Shown: positions 12,901 to 27,613, counted from the first letter of the stretch. The stretch: DNA of 64,000 bases from Macrostomum lignano (GCA_002269645.1 NIVC01000413.1:558001-622000), one strand, 5' to 3'. Notes: generated by a model from the sequence alone, not told the origin. Numbers and translations are program-made.

Positions 12901-14286
12901 CCAAATTAGAATAACAGTAGAGTATTTAATGATCTCAATCACAGGTCAACCGTACCTTGATGGAGCTGCGGTACTGGCCGCTTGAATCGTGCGATTGAGT
13001 AACCCGAGAATTCGGCAGCAGAAGAGCGTAGAAACATTCTTTGCTGGTTTGCTCTGAAAGAAAATTAAAGTATTCAAGTGTTGTGGAGACTGACTGACTG
13101 ACTGACTGACTGACTGACTGACTGACTGACTGACTGACTGACTGACTGACTGACTGACTGACTGACTGACTGACTGACTGACTGACTGACTGACTGACTG
13201 ACTGACTGACTGACTGACTGACTGACTGACTGACTGACTGACTGACTGACTGACTGACTGACTGACTGACTGACTGACTGACTGACTGACTGACTGACTG
13301 ACTGACTGACTGACTGACTGACTGACTGACTGACTGACTGACTGACTGACTGACTGTCAAGTCAATGCTGTTCTCACCTTTGTAAAGATACAGACAGAAA
13401 TCGCACAGAACGGCCCAACGCTTTTTCCAACCGCTGCGACCTTTAAATGTTTCCTGGAATGTTTGTTTAGAGACAAGAGTGAAACGAGTAAAAGATAAAT
13501 AATATTAATAATAATGTTAGTACCGTAAATGGGAATTGTAGGCATTTTTGTGTTGGAATGGGGCTGGGCGCCACAATTTCGGCGTAGTTTTCAGATATAA
13601 ACAGCGCCACAATTAAAATCAATAGCGCCACAATTAAAATCAATAGCGCCACAACTGATATCAATAGCGCCACAATTAAAATCAATAGCGCCACAACTGA
13701 TATCAATAGCGCCACAACTGATATCAATAGCGCCACAACTGATATCAATAGCGCCACAACTGATATCAATAGCGTCACAACTGATATCAATAGCGCCACA
13801 ACTGATATCAATAGCGCTACAACTGATATCAATAGCGCTACAACTGATATCAATAGCGCCACAACTGATATCAATAGCGCTACAACTGATATCAATAGCG
13901 CTACAACTGATATGAATAGCGTCACAATTTATATCAATAGCGCCACAACTGATATCAATAGCGCTACAACTGATATCAATAGCGCTACAACTGATATCAA
14001 TAGCGTCACAATTTATATCAATAGCGCCACAACTGATATCAATAGCGTCACAACTGATATCAATAGCGTCACAACTGATATCAATAGCGTCACAATTGAT
14101 ATTAATAGCGCCACAACTGATATCAATAGCGCCACAACTGATTTCAATAGCGCCACAACTAGTTTACAGCGACATTAGAAAAACCATGAAAAGCCAGAGA
14201 CATTAATGTTTTCAAAAAGAACTTACATAACGAAGCAGAAAGCCTTTCATATCAACTTGAGGCGACTTCTGCAACTCGGTAGTCAT
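4060..14286 (-). CDS. PH-domain and coiled-coil protein, PLEKHA4-7/PEPP-like, 10 coding exons, ~916 aa
   Basis: Manual splicing with GT-AG sites and consistent phases. Exons (high to low): 14227-14286, 13378-13453, 12956-13053, 11566-11848, 10951-11184, 9255-9311, 8806-9119, 6366-6799, 5199-5893, 4060-4559; total 2751 nt, a multiple of 3. The first four exons join into a PH domain: MTTELQKSPQVDMKGFLLRY|ETFKGRSGWKKRWAVLCDFCLYLYK|EQTSKECFYALLLPNS...SIK|VEEVNQQPVYLSTETPLDFQLWFEALASAA. A later helical region reads KRMSIAASDLLGKSHDELLLLLIQLNREK. The family assignment rests on resemblance to PEPP-type PH motifs; the reading frame is also open upstream to the acceptor at 14328. Confidence 0.82.
4748..5185. 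repeat. 27-bp intronic minisatellite
   Basis: Unit GTCCTGACACCTGACACAATTATATAG; PH gene intron 9. Confidence 0.95.
5920..6312. repeat. 21-bp intronic minisatellite
   Basis: Unit TCTAGTACAGGATTGATACTA; PH gene intron 8. Confidence 0.95.
6960..8655. repeat. ~19-21 bp AAGCTT-containing intronic minisatellite
   Basis: Units such as AAGCTTGGGGATTATTAAG and AAGCTTGGCGATTATTAAG; PH gene intron 7. Confidence 0.95.
9345..10950. repeat. 23-bp minisatellite (GAGGGCGATTCTCAATG family)
   Basis: Unit GGACTGGAGGGCGATTCTCAATG; fills PH gene intron 5. The family recurs at 28850 and 32900. Confidence 0.97.
11275..11445. repeat. Degenerate GGGTGATTCCTA-type repeat
   Basis: Short array in PH gene intron 4 with GGCGATTC/GGTGATTC cores. 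Confidence 0.75.
12192..12900. repeat. (TTAG)n/(TTTG)n microsatellite
   Basis: Read directly; PH gene intron 3. Confidence 0.97.
13090..13356. repeat. (TGAC)n microsatellite
   Basis: Near-perfect run; PH gene intron 2. Confidence 0.98.
13600..14165. repeat. 21-bp intronic minisatellite
   Basis: Unit ATCAATAGCGCCACAACTGAT; PH gene intron 1. Confidence 0.95.
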
Positions 14287-15829
14287 GATCAAACTGTTTG
14301 TTGTTCTTGTTGAAAAAACACCTAAGCCTGAAGTCGACAGTTAATTGAGCTGATGCCTGTTAATAGCTAAGGAGAAGCTGAAATAAAGTTTAAAAGTGTC
14401 TTGGGATTTAAGAAAACTTGCAAAACATGTTAATTTTTTGTATCAAATAAACTATATTTCGATGAAACAGTGAAGTTTTTAAACTCTGACAATATTGTTG
14501 AGCAGCTACGATCTTCTTCTCTTTTCTAATTTTGTTGCTCAACTGTCTCGCTCAGATAGGAAAGGATCAGGGTGAAGATAGCGAGATCGACGGAGACAGA
14601 CAGATAGACAGAGAAGGGGGGCGAGAGAAGGACAAGACTGTGCACATACTGTGCTCAGGCATAAACAGCCGACCACAAGGGTTTTGAAGAATTATAAGCC
14701 CACGGTCTGTTGTAGCCCGGGGCAAACAGTTCTAAAACCATTCCAAGCCTGCCTTGAATAGGGAGAGACACAGAGCAGCACACACGGATAGCCAGACCAG
14801 TGAGTTGTATTTGGCAACGCCCAGCAATAGCTAGAGTACGTGCACATGCTCAAGACAGGCCACACCATACAATAGGCGGTAGTTGTGTACAGTCACTTTT
14901 ATTATATTTCTAGACCTAACCAGTGCGCTCCTTCATCTAGTATTTTTTCTACAGTCAGCCTCTTTAATTCTTCTCTCTTCTTTAAGGACAAGTCTCATTT
15001 TAGAAACTGCACTCCCTCACTCAGGGTCTGTCTAAGAAAGAGGTTGGGAACTTTGTTGCCTCCAGGGCCAGATAGAGAATCTGGCGTATGACTGCTAAGA
15101 TGAAGCGTAAGAAGAGACGAGACGAGAGGAGAGGAGAGGAGGAGAGGACAGAGGAGAAGAGGAGATTAGAAAGAAGAGAGCTGAGAAGAGAGACAAACCT
15201 TGAGCTGGCTGGATTGCTATTGTGAAGTTTCAAAGGACCCGAGGGTCGGAGTGAGCCGACCCCTATAGTATAAGCAGAAAAGCTTATTGGCGAAAGTCGT
15301 GGAATACTAAAAAAACAAATAAATAAATCTAGATTGAGAACAAAATTACTTTTTCCCTAACAGAATTCTAAGGAATTGAATTTTAAAGAAGGAGAACCAA
15401 ATGTTTAGACTTATATAAATGATGAAGGATCTAATACAGATTGCAGTAATATTTCAACAACCCCACGGGAACCGCAGGTCTGTGCTTTTGTATGCAAGCT
15501 AACTTACACAGTGTATGTGCGAGCGGGAAAGAATTCTATTGTTAATAGGCTGTATTATTTTAATATTGCTTAGAATGTCAACGCGACGCCCGCCCTACCT
15601 CCGTCCACTCAAGCCTTTAACTAGTTCGGTAGTTTATGACCTGTCACAAACTTCTTTTTGCAGAGGCATTGACGGCTAAGAATTACTCGGTTACTCGGTA
15701 CAGATATTTGAGCCTGCAACTTTCTATACACTATACACTGTTTCGTAATCCTAAATTACAGATACCTGTGAAAGTATGAATGGAGCTATTAGAAAACTTA
15801 ATAACTGTACAACACTGAGATAATCTGGA

Positions 15830-16255
15830 CGAGAGGGTGAGAGAGATAGGGAGGGGGTGAGAAAGATAAGGAGGGGTAGATAGGGAGGGGGTGAGAAAGA
15901 TAAGGAGAGGTTGAGAGAGATGAGGAGGGGGTGAGAGAGATGGGGAGGGAGTGAGGGAGATAGGGAGGGAGTGAGAGAGATGGGGAGTGAGTGAGGGAGA
16001 CACGGAGGGAGTGAGAGAGATGGGGAGTGAGTGAGGGAGACACGGAGGGAGTGAGAGAGATGGGGAGTGAGGGAGATGGGGAGGGAGTGCGACAGAGAGA
16101 TGGGAGAGATGGGAGGGGAGGGGTGAGATAGATATATAGGGGCTAAGAGGGGGGTGAGATAGATATATAGGGGCTAAAAGAGGAGTGAGATAGATATAGA
16201 GGGGCTAAGAGAGGGGTGAGATAGATATAGAGGGGCTAAGAGAGGGGTGAACAAG
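15830..16255. repeat. Purine-rich low-complexity region and ~30-bp repeats
   Basis: GAGAGAGATGGGGAG-type and GAGATAGATATATAGGGGCTAAGAGG-type units. Confidence 0.8.
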
Positions 16256-16924
16256 AGGAGTTTAAAGAAATTACAAGTACTAGCTACACTTGTAGTAAAA
16301 TAAAAAAGCAAAACAAAAATCGATGAAATCCAGAAGCTTCACCATATTACAATGCACAATAATTAAAATAATGACCCATACGAGGTTAAACTATAGGTAT
16401 ACGCAATTGAACGTTAATTACAGAAGAAATATTGATGATTGCAAGCAAATCAAAATTAAAGAATAACACTACGACACGTCGGTTCACTGAAAATATAATG
16501 AATTAATGATATACTAAAAACTTTGTACACCGGCAAAAAAACTTTGAGCACTTGCTCTTTCAATTGAAATAATCCCTCACACTGACTGTACTTACTGGGG
16601 TTATTAGTAAAATTGCCAATAGCCACTTCTAATAGATGCTAATACTAAAATACTAATAGAATTTAATATAGCGAGCCTGGGACAGTTTACTAAAGCTAGC
16701 ATACTACCTGAATCGATATTAATAACTAATAGTTAATTATCGATATTTATGAACAAAAAACCGATTATTAACAACCATATAGTTAATAAAATTAACGAGA
16801 TTGGTCCATTCTCTATTCTCCACCAGTGTCGATACGCGTGGCTACTCTTAGGACAGTAGTACAATTAGTTTTCGCAAAGATAAATTCTTAACATCGTGTA
16901 AAAGTTAGAAGAAAAGCAACTAGA

Positions 16925-17130
16925 GTGGTCTTGCGCGGCGCTCTCATGTGCCAGCGGCCCAGGCTCGATTCCAAGTGCAGTCACATTAATGTGTTGGGGC
17001 TAAATTGGAATCTCGACTTCGCTCTGCTCGTGCAATTAACGCCTTTAAGAGGGCCAACTCCCCGGGACACAGTGAAGTGTACACGCCTAACGATAAATAA
17101 AGTTTAAAATTAGGGCCGCTGTACACTCCT
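16925..17130 (+). mobile_element. SINE copy, 5'-truncated
   Basis: Aligns by eye to 3615-3810: CCCAGGCTCGATTCCAAGTGCAGTCACATTAAT...CAGTGAAGTGTACACGCCTAACGATAAATAAA...TAGGGCCGCTGTACACTCCT. Confidence 0.75.
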
Positions 17131-17586
17131 CCTTGAGTAAGTCTAGGCTGTTTTTTTTTTAATTGGTCAGGCCAAGAAATAAAAACTTTATTTGTCCAGG
17201 CCATTAAATAGTTTTTAATGGCGTTTTATTGCAAGTCAGATAGACCAGAGCTGATTGGCTGCAGGGAGAGAGGGGGACACAATGTACATTGGCCAGTCCA
17301 CACAGCGTACAGATCTAGCTGCGCCATGCCTAAAATCAAATATAATAACAGCCCCTCAGTCCTCATTAGCTCGTTTCTTAGCTATTGAATTTAAATACGA
17401 TTAAATTGTATGTAAAATTGTTGGCAAAGTTTGATTCACTTATTTCGCCAATTTTGTGCTACTTACATCTGGTACTAAGAGTAGTACACGAGTAAATTAG
17501 TACACGAGTAAATTAGTGAAATGACCCATCTATGCGTATATCGTCAGTGATTAGCGTTAATCAATCTGTCAATCACTTCGCAACAA

Positions 17587-20500
17587 TCACATTCCGTTAT
17601 AAGCCGGTCCTTCTCCACCCTGCGGCGTAACCCAGTTAATATTCTGAGTCGGATCTTTAATATCGCATGTCTTGCAGTGGATGCAATTCTGCGCGTTGAT
17701 TTGCAATCGCTTGGAACCGTCGTCTAATTCGACGTATTCGTAAACGCCAGCTGGGCAGAACCGTTGCTCGGGGCCGTCGTAGACTGACAGGTTAACTTGG
17801 CCAGGTACGGAATCGTCATACAAAGTGAGATGAGGCGGCTGGTCATGATCGTGATTTGTACTCGTGAGAGCTACGCTACTCAACAAGTCAAACGATAGGA
17901 CATTGTCCGGCTTTGGATAATCTTTCGGCTTGCAATCTTTGGCTGGCAATAGTTTCTCATGATCGGTACCGCCGTGCGAGAAGGTCCAGGGTTCGCGTCC
18001 CCGAGTAAAATACCAAACAGCGCCAGTGTAGGCCATACCGCCAAACATGCCGAGGCGACCATTTAGCAGGTGAAAACTTGGTCGAATGTTTCTGACGCTG
18101 TGCAACTCTTTGTACACCCAAGAGTTGCGCAACGCTTCCTCGTAGGTCGCGGGTTCGATTTCGCCGGAACCGATTGCTTCGTGAACAGCTTCAGCCGCTA
18201 GGGAACCGGACTTCATAGCGTTGTGGGTGCCTTTTACCTATAGTGCGGTTTTGGTATGGACAGTGAAAAGTCAATTAGATCAATTAGCTTCGATATTCAG
18301 CTATAATAAGATCTTTATTATTAGATATTTAAGGGATACTCAGCATCAAGATGAGAGGATAATCAGCATCAAGATGAAGGGATATTCAGCTTGAAGATTG
18401 AGAGGATATTCAGCATCAAGATGAAGGGATATTCAGCTTGAAGATTGAGAGGATATTCAGCATCAAGATGAGGGAATATTCAGCATCAAAGTGAGAAGAT
18501 ATTCAGCTTGAATATGAGGGATATTCAGCTTGAATATGAGGGTACATTCAGCATCAAGATGAGGGGATATTCAGCATCAAGGTGAGGGGATATTCAGCAT
18601 CAAGATGAGGGGATATTCAGCATCAAGATGAATGGATATTCAGCATCAAGATGAGGGGATATTCAGCTTGAATATGAGGGTACATTCAGCATCAAGATGA
18701 GGGGATATTCAGCATCAAAGTGAGAAGATATTCAGCTTGAATATGAGGGATATTCAGCATCAAGATGAGGGGATAATCAGCTGCAAGATGAGGGAATATT
18801 CAGCATCAAGATGAAGGGATATTCAGCATCAAGATGAAGGGATATTCAGCATCAAGATGAAGGGATATTCAGCATCAAGATGAATGGATATTCAGCATCA
18901 AGATGAGGGGATATTCAGCTTGAATATGAGGGTACATTCAGCATCAAGATGAGGGGATATTCAGCATCAAAGTGAGAAGATATTCAGCTTGAATATGAGG
19001 GATATTCAGCATCAAGATGAGGGGATATTCAGCATCAAGATGAGGGGATATTCAGCATCAAGATGAAGGGATATTCAGCATCAAGATGAGGGGATAATCA
19101 GCATCAAGATGAGGGGATATTCAGCATCAAGATGAGGGGATATTCAGCTTGAATATGAGGGTACATTCAGCATCAAGATGAGGGGATATTCAGCATCAAG
19201 GTGAGGGGATATTCAGCATCAAGGTGAGGGGATATTCAGCATCAAGGTGAGGGGATATTCAGCATCAAGGTGAGGGGATATTCAGCATCAAGGTGAGGGG
19301 ATATTCAGCATCAAGGTGAGGGGATATTCAGCATCAAGATGAGGGGATATTTAGCATCAAGGTGAGGGGATATTCAGCATCAAGGTGAGGGGATATTCAG
19401 CATCAAGGTGAGGGGATATTTAGCATCAAGGTGAGGGGATATTCAGCATCAAGGTGAGGGGATATTCAGCATCAAGGTGAGGGGATATTCAGCATCAAGG
19501 TGAGGGGATATTCAGCATCAAGATGAGGGGATATTCAGCATCAAGGTGAGGGGATATTCAGCATCAAGATGAGGGAATATTCAGCATCAAGGTGAGTGGA
19601 TATTCTGCAAAGACTCAGCAGCTCACCTTCGGCACATTGATCATGCCGGCGGTGCAGCCGACTAGACACCCGCCAGGAAAGGTCAGCTTAGGCAGGCTCT
19701 GCACTCCGCCTTCGTTAAGCGCCCTGGCGCCGTAGCCAATCCGCTTGCCGCCAGTGAGCGCGGCGGCCACGTGCGGATGATGCTTGAACTGTTGGAACTC
19801 GCGGAACGGACTCAAGTAGGGATTAGAGTAGTCTAAGCCGACAACAAAACCCACGGCTGCCAATGGCGAGCCTTCGTTCAGATGGTAGATAAAATATCCA
19901 CCGTATGTGCCGGAGTCCAGCGGCCAACCGACTCCGTGTTCAACATATCCGGGACGCCAGCGATCTTCGGACAATTCCCATAGCTCTTTGAAGCCGATAC
20001 CGTAGGTCTGGGGTTCGCGTCCAGCTCTTAGATCGTACCGGTTAATCAGATGCTTGGCCAAGTGGCCGTGCGTGCCCTCGGCAATGATGAGCTGTTTGCA
20101 GTGGAACTCCATGCCCCGTTCGAAGCTATCCTTAGGCGAGCCGTCTTTAGCTATGCCAACATCGTTAGTTGCTACGCCTTTGACAGCGGAACCGTCCTCT
20201 GTGTACAGAACTTCGGCCGCGGCAACGCCCGGATAGACTTCAACGCCAAGGCTTTCGGCCTGTTCGCCTAGCCAAGCAACCACATTGCCCAGTCTGACAA
20301 TATAGTTGCCATGGTTGTGCATGGGCATGCCGGGCAGCAGGGGCAGCGGTATGGCGCGCTTCTCTGTTAGCATGTAGAATTTGTCACCAGTGACCGGCGT
20401 GTGCAGCGGGGCGCCGCGTTCCTGGTGGATATTGGTAATTAGTAATTAGAAAAACATCATGGTTTACACCTGTTTTAGACTTTATAGTACCATCTATTAT

Positions 20501-20670
20501 TGTCATACTGTTTGTTAGGCGATTATGCAACAGTTTTACTCGGGAATTATAATACCCCTAGGGTATTTTATGTTTACGTTACTCCAATAAACGGTGTCAC
20601 TCAAGGACACAATGCGAATCAGGGACTCAATGTCAATCAGGATTCAATGACACTCAAGGAAAAAACTAAC

Positions 20671-20719
<49 letters not shown>

Positions 20720-20826
20720 GACTAACTAACTAACTAACTAGCTAACTAACTGACTAACTAACTAACTAACAGACTAAGTAACTAACTAACAGACTAACTA
20801 ACTAACTAACTAACAGACTAATAGAT

Positions 20827-20894
<68 letters not shown>

Positions 20895-21275
20895 ACACTA
20901 ACTAACTAACTAACACACTAACTAACTAACTAACACACTAACTAACACACTAACTAACGAACTAACTAACTAACACACTAACTAACTAACACACTAACTA
21001 ACTCACTAACTAACACACTAACTAACTAACTAACACACTAACTAACACACTAACTAACACACTAACTAACTAACGAACTAACTAACTAACACACTAACTA
21101 ACTAACACACTAACTAACTCACTAACTAACACACTAACTAACTAACTAACTAACTAACGAACTAACTAACTAACACACTAACTAACTAACACACTAACTA
21201 ACTCACTAACTAACACACTAACTAACTAACTAACACACTAACTAACACACTAACTAACACACTAACTAACTAACG

Positions 21276-21306
<31 letters not shown>

Positions 21307-21308
21307 AC

Positions 21309-21342
<34 letters not shown>

Positions 21343-21998
21343 ACACTAACTAACACACTAACTAACACACTAACTAACTAACTAACGAACTAACTAACGA
21401 ACTAACTAACATACTAACTAACTAACTAACTAACACACTAACTAACACACTAACTAACTAACGAACTAACTAACATACTAACTAACACACTAACTAACTA
21501 ACTAACTAACACACTAACTAAATAACTAATGAACCGAATTAACAGTATTACTAGCCAGCTTAGAAAAATTTATAATCTAAAAACGAGCAAAAGCAGTACC
21601 TGCCAGTCCGGAAACAGCTCAACGAGACCCTTTGGATCCAGGCACGCCCCAGACATAATATGCGCTCCCACTGACGAGGCCTTCTCCAGCACCACAATAC
21701 GCATTTCAGTGCCCTTCTCGGCGTTCAACTGGGCCAACCGACAGGCGGCCGAGAGACCGGCGGGCCCGCCGCCAACAATAACAACGTCGGCTTCGTCAAC
21801 TGCGCGAGTCATGTCGATGTCTTTCCAGCGCGGATCTTTGGCGCGATCGTTCCTAGTTGGATGGGTGGTGATTTTTGGCGACAGAGGCTTCTGCTGCTGC
21901 CGCTCCCCGGCCGCGGTTGTGCAGTAGCCGTAGCGCGTGACCAGCCTGGGCAGCTTAGCTGCTGCAGCAACCAAAGCAGCTCTGCTACTTGAGAGCAT
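17587..21998 (-). CDS. ETFDH: Electron transfer flavoprotein-ubiquinone oxidoreductase, mitochondrial (3 exons, 614 aa)
   Basis: Exons 21600-21998, 19627-20421, 17587-18237, all phase 0, GT-AG. Transit-peptide-like N-terminus, FAD motif [32 protein letters not shown]|[11 protein letters not shown], and 4Fe-4S motifs FCPAGVYE and [13 protein letters not shown]. Confidence 0.97.
18340..19600. repeat. 23-bp intronic minisatellite
   Basis: Unit GATATTCAGCATCAAG(A/G)TGAGGG; ETFDH intron 2. Confidence 0.96.
20668..21525. repeat. (CTAA)n microsatellite with AACAC interruptions
   Basis: Read directly; ETFDH intron 1. Confidence 0.96.
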
Positions 21999-22249
21999 TG
22001 TTTGCTTACTGTCTGCGGAAATTAATTTTTTGTTGAATAAATAAACTCCGAATTTGTAACATGAAAATGGTAGGAGTAACTATTTAACAGAAATTTCAGT
22101 TTAATTTCGACTCAGCAGCAGGTAGATAAAAGCAGCGTTTAATCAACATTTTTATCGTAACTGACCTTTAGCCCCAGTAAGCCCAACTATGCTGGGCTTA
22201 GAAAGGTGTGGATAGGGCTTTTGGGAAAGATAGTTCATAGGGTAGCGTA

Positions 22250-22962
22250 GGGACTATTATTCTTTAGGGTAGGCTAGGGACTATTATTCTTTAGGGTAGG
22301 CTAGAGACTATTATTCTTTAGGGTAGGGTAGCGACTTCTTTTTTAGGGTAGGGGAGGGACTGTCGTTTAGGGTAGGGAAGGGACTTTTGTTAGAGTAGGG
22401 TAGGGACTATTCTTCTTTAGGGTAGGGTAGCGACTTCTTTTTTAGGGTAGGGGAGGGACTGTCGTTTAGGGTAGGGAAGGGACTTTTGTTAGAGTAGGGT
22501 AGGGACTATTCTTCTTTAGGGTAGGGTAGCGACTTCTTTTTTAGGGTAGGGGAGGGACTGTCGTTTAGGGTAGGGAAGGGACTTTTGTTAGAGTAGGGTA
22601 GGGACTATTCTTCTTTAGGGTAGGGTAGCGACTTCTTTTTTAGGGTAGGGGAGGGACTGTCGTTTAGGGTAGGGAAGGGACTTTTGTTAGAGTAGGGTAG
22701 GGACTATTCTTCTTTAGGGTAGGGTAGGGACTGTTGTTTAGGGTAGGGTAGGGACTATTCTTCTTTACGGTAGGGTAGGGACTGTTGTTTAGGGTAGGGT
22801 AGGGTAGGGACTATTCTTCTTTAGAGTAGGGTAGGGACTATTCTTCTTTCGGGTAGGGTAGGGACTATTATTTAGAGTAGGGTAGGGACTGTTGTTTAGG
22901 GTAGGGTAGGGTAGGGACTATTCTTCTTTAGAGTAGGGTAGGGACTGTTGTTTAGGGTAGGG
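22250..22962. repeat. Telomere-like G-rich satellite (TTTAGGGTAGGG subunits, ~99-bp higher-order unit)
   Basis: The GGGTAGGGTAGCGACTTCTT landmark recurs at about 22321, 22420, 22519 and 22618. Confidence 0.9.
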
Positions 22963-23504
22963 ACGCGACTCTTTAGGGAACATCTGCAACCATCTGGTCT
23001 GATAACTAAAAAAGCCTTAAGTGCACAGTAAATGAAATCCAAAAAAATCACAAGAAACGGTAAAATATAATCAGCAGGACAATCTCAACACCGTAATTAT
23101 TGCGACATTCACATTTTATTGTGATATAGAATTATTATCTATTGAACAGAGAAAGAAACCAGCACGTGACCAAATTGCTAAATATTTCCTGCTAATATAA
23201 AATAGTTTTACGAGAACTAGCGGAAAATCATCACAAACTTTAGTAAACAAATTATCCAATTTTTAAAGTAAAACATTTAATGACATAAACACATACAGAT
23301 TGCTTCGAGTATTCGATTTTTTTAAATATTTTAGTACACCAATAGAAAAATTTTCGGGTATAAAAATATTCAATAAAAGTATAATTGTTTATAAATCGCG
23401 TTTGACACAAAAAGAATTCATTGTTTTGATTTATCTACTGGCAACCGCATGACTTAAGCATTGGTGTGCAAAGCTTTGTAACCGACAAAAATCATTTATA
23501 AATA

Positions 23505-23795
23505 GCAACGATAGAAAAGTACATTTTGAGCTGCATAGCAACAGCAGAAAAGTACACTCTTAGTTGAACAGCAACAGTAGAAAAGTACACTCTTAGCTGC
23601 ATAGCAACAGTAGAAAAGTACACTCTTAGCTGCATTGCAACAGTAGAAAAGAAATTTTTCTGAGCTGCATAGCAACAACATAAAAGTACATTTCTAAGCT
23701 GCATAGCCACCGCAGAAAGTACATTCTGAGCTACTTTGCAACGGCATGAAAGTATATTTCTTAACAGCATAGCCCAACAACAGAAAAGTACATTT
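23505..23795. repeat. 33-bp degenerate minisatellite
   Basis: Unit GCTGCATAGCAACAGTAGAAAAGTACACTCTTA. Confidence 0.85.
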
Positions 23796-24507
23796 AGAGA
23801 ATCGAAGTAACAATTTTATTGATTAGTAATCAATCACAAGATACAAGATAATCATAAGCCGATTGTTTAGAGAGTTCGTAAAAATTGAAGCAGCAGTTTA
23901 GACTAGGCGAAATGACAGGACAAAATATTATTGTTAGCTACAGGACCAAAAGCACAACTAAATCGACAGACTATGCTGAAGTAAATTACTCGTATGTGAA
24001 TACTTATTTAGTATTGCACCAGAAAAAAAGTAAATATATTGTGTTGCCAAATGACAAAATCAGGACAAACTGCATGCATGCAGGCAAACAGTTGTGTAAA
24101 TATAATAAATTAGAAAAATATTTATTCCGATAAAATGAAAAACATCTTGCAAAATGAACACAACACAACAGTTTTCACAACACCTGTGCATGATCAGTAT
24201 AAATTGTTTTTGAAATTAACAATTTTAAGTAAGGAAAGCTATTTGTTTGTCTATCAATTCAATGTGACCAGCTAAATGAAATGAAAACGGGACCTTAGCC
24301 AATAAACGTTCATCCAGAGTGGTTCCAGGTAACACAGGTAAAATAGGAAAGAAGCGACTCAAGACGGCTCTAAAACGACAAGATTTCGGGGTACAAAGTC
24401 GCCAAAAAGTGGTCAAAGAGATGCCTAAAAGTGAATTTGAGGCGTTTTATTGTCTGCCGCTTTAAAACGACTCTGGGGTCGTAGAGTCGTATCTGGGGTG
24501 TTAAGAT

Positions 24508-24958
24508 CACAGATACTGGACTAACTAGATTGGCCACTCAGCACATTTGCGTGTAAGCTACTTTCAGTTCAGTAGTAAGTTAAACAGAAGCATTTTAATA
24601 TATTTTTAAAGCCAAGGCTCATTTATTGGCTCCCCCCAGCTGAAACCCTCCAACCGCGACTTTCCACTTAACCCCCCGCCCCGCCCCAATTTTTATTGCC
24701 TTTCTCGGAATTCCAGTCTAAAGCTGCCATGTACATTTCAGTGGACTGGACTGGCCAATGTACATTATTGCTGAACCAATAGCAAGTTGTTTACGCGCCT
24801 GCAAGCTTGGGCTTCTAAACTTATCAAAGTCATTTCAGCTGCCTTAATTTTATGAAATAGCTTATGTATTCTTCTTTGCTACTGAACTGAAAGTAGAAAG
24901 CTGTTTTACTAAGTATATATATGCCTGAGTGACCCATCTAGTTATTTTAGTATCTATG
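24508..24958 (-). mobile_element. MITE-like element, same family as 1658-2579
   Basis: Ends CACAGATACT...AGTATCTATG with ~100-bp imperfect inverted ends (shared CTACTGAACTGAAAGTAG), and about one copy of the GGCAATAAAAATTGGG-containing internal unit. Confidence 0.6.
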
Positions 24959-26419
24959 GCTAAGAGTCGCTGTAGTCTGTAGACTCACCGACTTGCGTCT
25001 AAAGAGCATCTGCTTTACTGAATTAGAATCGCCTTTCCTATTTTATAACAACTCTATTTAGTCTACTTGAGTTAGTAGGAAGTTAAGCGCTAGCAACACT
25101 CTTAGACGACTTTTTCCCACGACTCTTTTACAATTTTGCAAGTCAAAGAAAGCCTCTCCATCGCATTACAGTCGCTTGAGTTGTTACAAAACACAAGAGT
25201 CGCTAGAGTGACTCTTTAGCTATTCATAACACTGTAAATGGTCATTAAAGTACACTATAGACAAATTGACAATTCATTAGCAGTGCAATGATATAGGCAA
25301 CTATGCAAAAAATCAATATTATATAAGAGCATTAATAACCATAAAGAGCATAAGTAACGGAACATAAAACGCAGTAGACAACTTATTGGCAACAAATGAA
25401 CCATCAAAAGTAGGAAAACGCAATTAAAACTGAAAATTTGATAATATATAGAAAACTATTGAAGATATAAAAAAACGAATCCAAAAAGTGCAGAGGGCTA
25501 CAGTGTTATACGCAGGACTGTGTGTAAAGCGCATTAAGTATTACAACTTTACCAAGTATGACTATACTAGAGAAAAAAGCAAATCAGCTGCTGAAAAAAA
25601 TTGTAATTGTAAAAAGTTCTATTGAAACTACTCATTAAAGATTGAGGAAATAGCAATAGAAAAATATGAATAAATTCGTTTTTATATAGTGTCCGTAATA
25701 TATAAAGGTAGAAAAGAGCTTGTATACATGTATAGAATGGATTGCTAGTTTGGCGTCGGTATGTGATTATAAGTTAAGAAATATAAAATCTATGAATATC
25801 ATCAGTTAACATTATATTAATGCTAGATTTGTTTACTACGCCAGACTAGCAATCCAGAAATCACATGTACAAGTATAAATAATATCAACGCATTCAATAT
25901 AAAAAAATTAATTCGCAGATTCTATTACTACTATAAGTAAAACTGAAAACTTCGTTTATAGAAAATAAAAAGATTTTGTCAACCACGCAAATAACATAAA
26001 AATTTTTTCGAAGAAACGATTTCTTCAAAACTTCTACTAATAGTAGTTCTCGGTTTCAGATTCAGGCTTGTAAATATTATCGATCTAAATGAACAGGAAT
26101 TTTAAAAAGCAGGTTAAAAACCACGAGGTCTATTTGAAAGTGTGCCATTTAAATATGCATAGATAGATCAAAGAGATTACAGACAAGCCTCCTGATTCCT
26201 ATATCTATGAAATTATTAAATACACAGTGAAAAGTGAATTAAAGGTAAATATAGTGAATCGAATGAAACACAAATAACTGGCTGATTCCTGTGACCAAAA
26301 AGCTGCTACACTAATGAACTCTATCCGTCTATGCTTCTATGCTAAATATGAGATACACATTAGTCAGCCAGAACAGTATTCTTGCTGCACACGAACTTCA
26401 ACACGACCGACACTCTTGT

Positions 26420-26530
26420 GCTACAGACACTGTCCCTGGGTTCGAATCCGTACGCTAGGCAAAACAAGAACTAATCCTTGTGTATGCGTGCTCAGGGGTC
26501 ACGGATTGGGCATGACTGCTGGCTGAGGGT
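26420..26530 (+). mobile_element. Fragment of a second SINE-like family
   Basis: Perfect pol III B box GGTTCGAATCC at 26439-26449, followed by GTGTATGCGTGCTCAGGGG...TGGGCA, similar to the 3' extension of the 3602 SINE. No A box or cloverleaf is visible. Confidence 0.4.
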
Positions 26531-26532
26531 CG

Positions 26533-27450
<918 letters not shown>

Positions 27451-27613
27451 TAAAAAAAAAATAAAAATAACTAAAGAACTGGCTAAGTATCTAAAAAACA
27501 AAGGAAAATCCTGTCCTGCCTAACTGACTAGTTTTACATTGTACTTTTCCTTGTTTAAAGAATTCCGTGTGCAGCAACAGAAAATTTGCACACAAAAAAC
27601 ACAAACAGAAGCC

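Noticed and set aside
15244-15263. GC hairpin GGGTCGG-AGTGAG-CCGACCC as a terminator or Helitron end
   Set aside because: Single occurrence, no U-tract, and no correctly spaced CTRR; rho-independent terminators do not apply to this genome.
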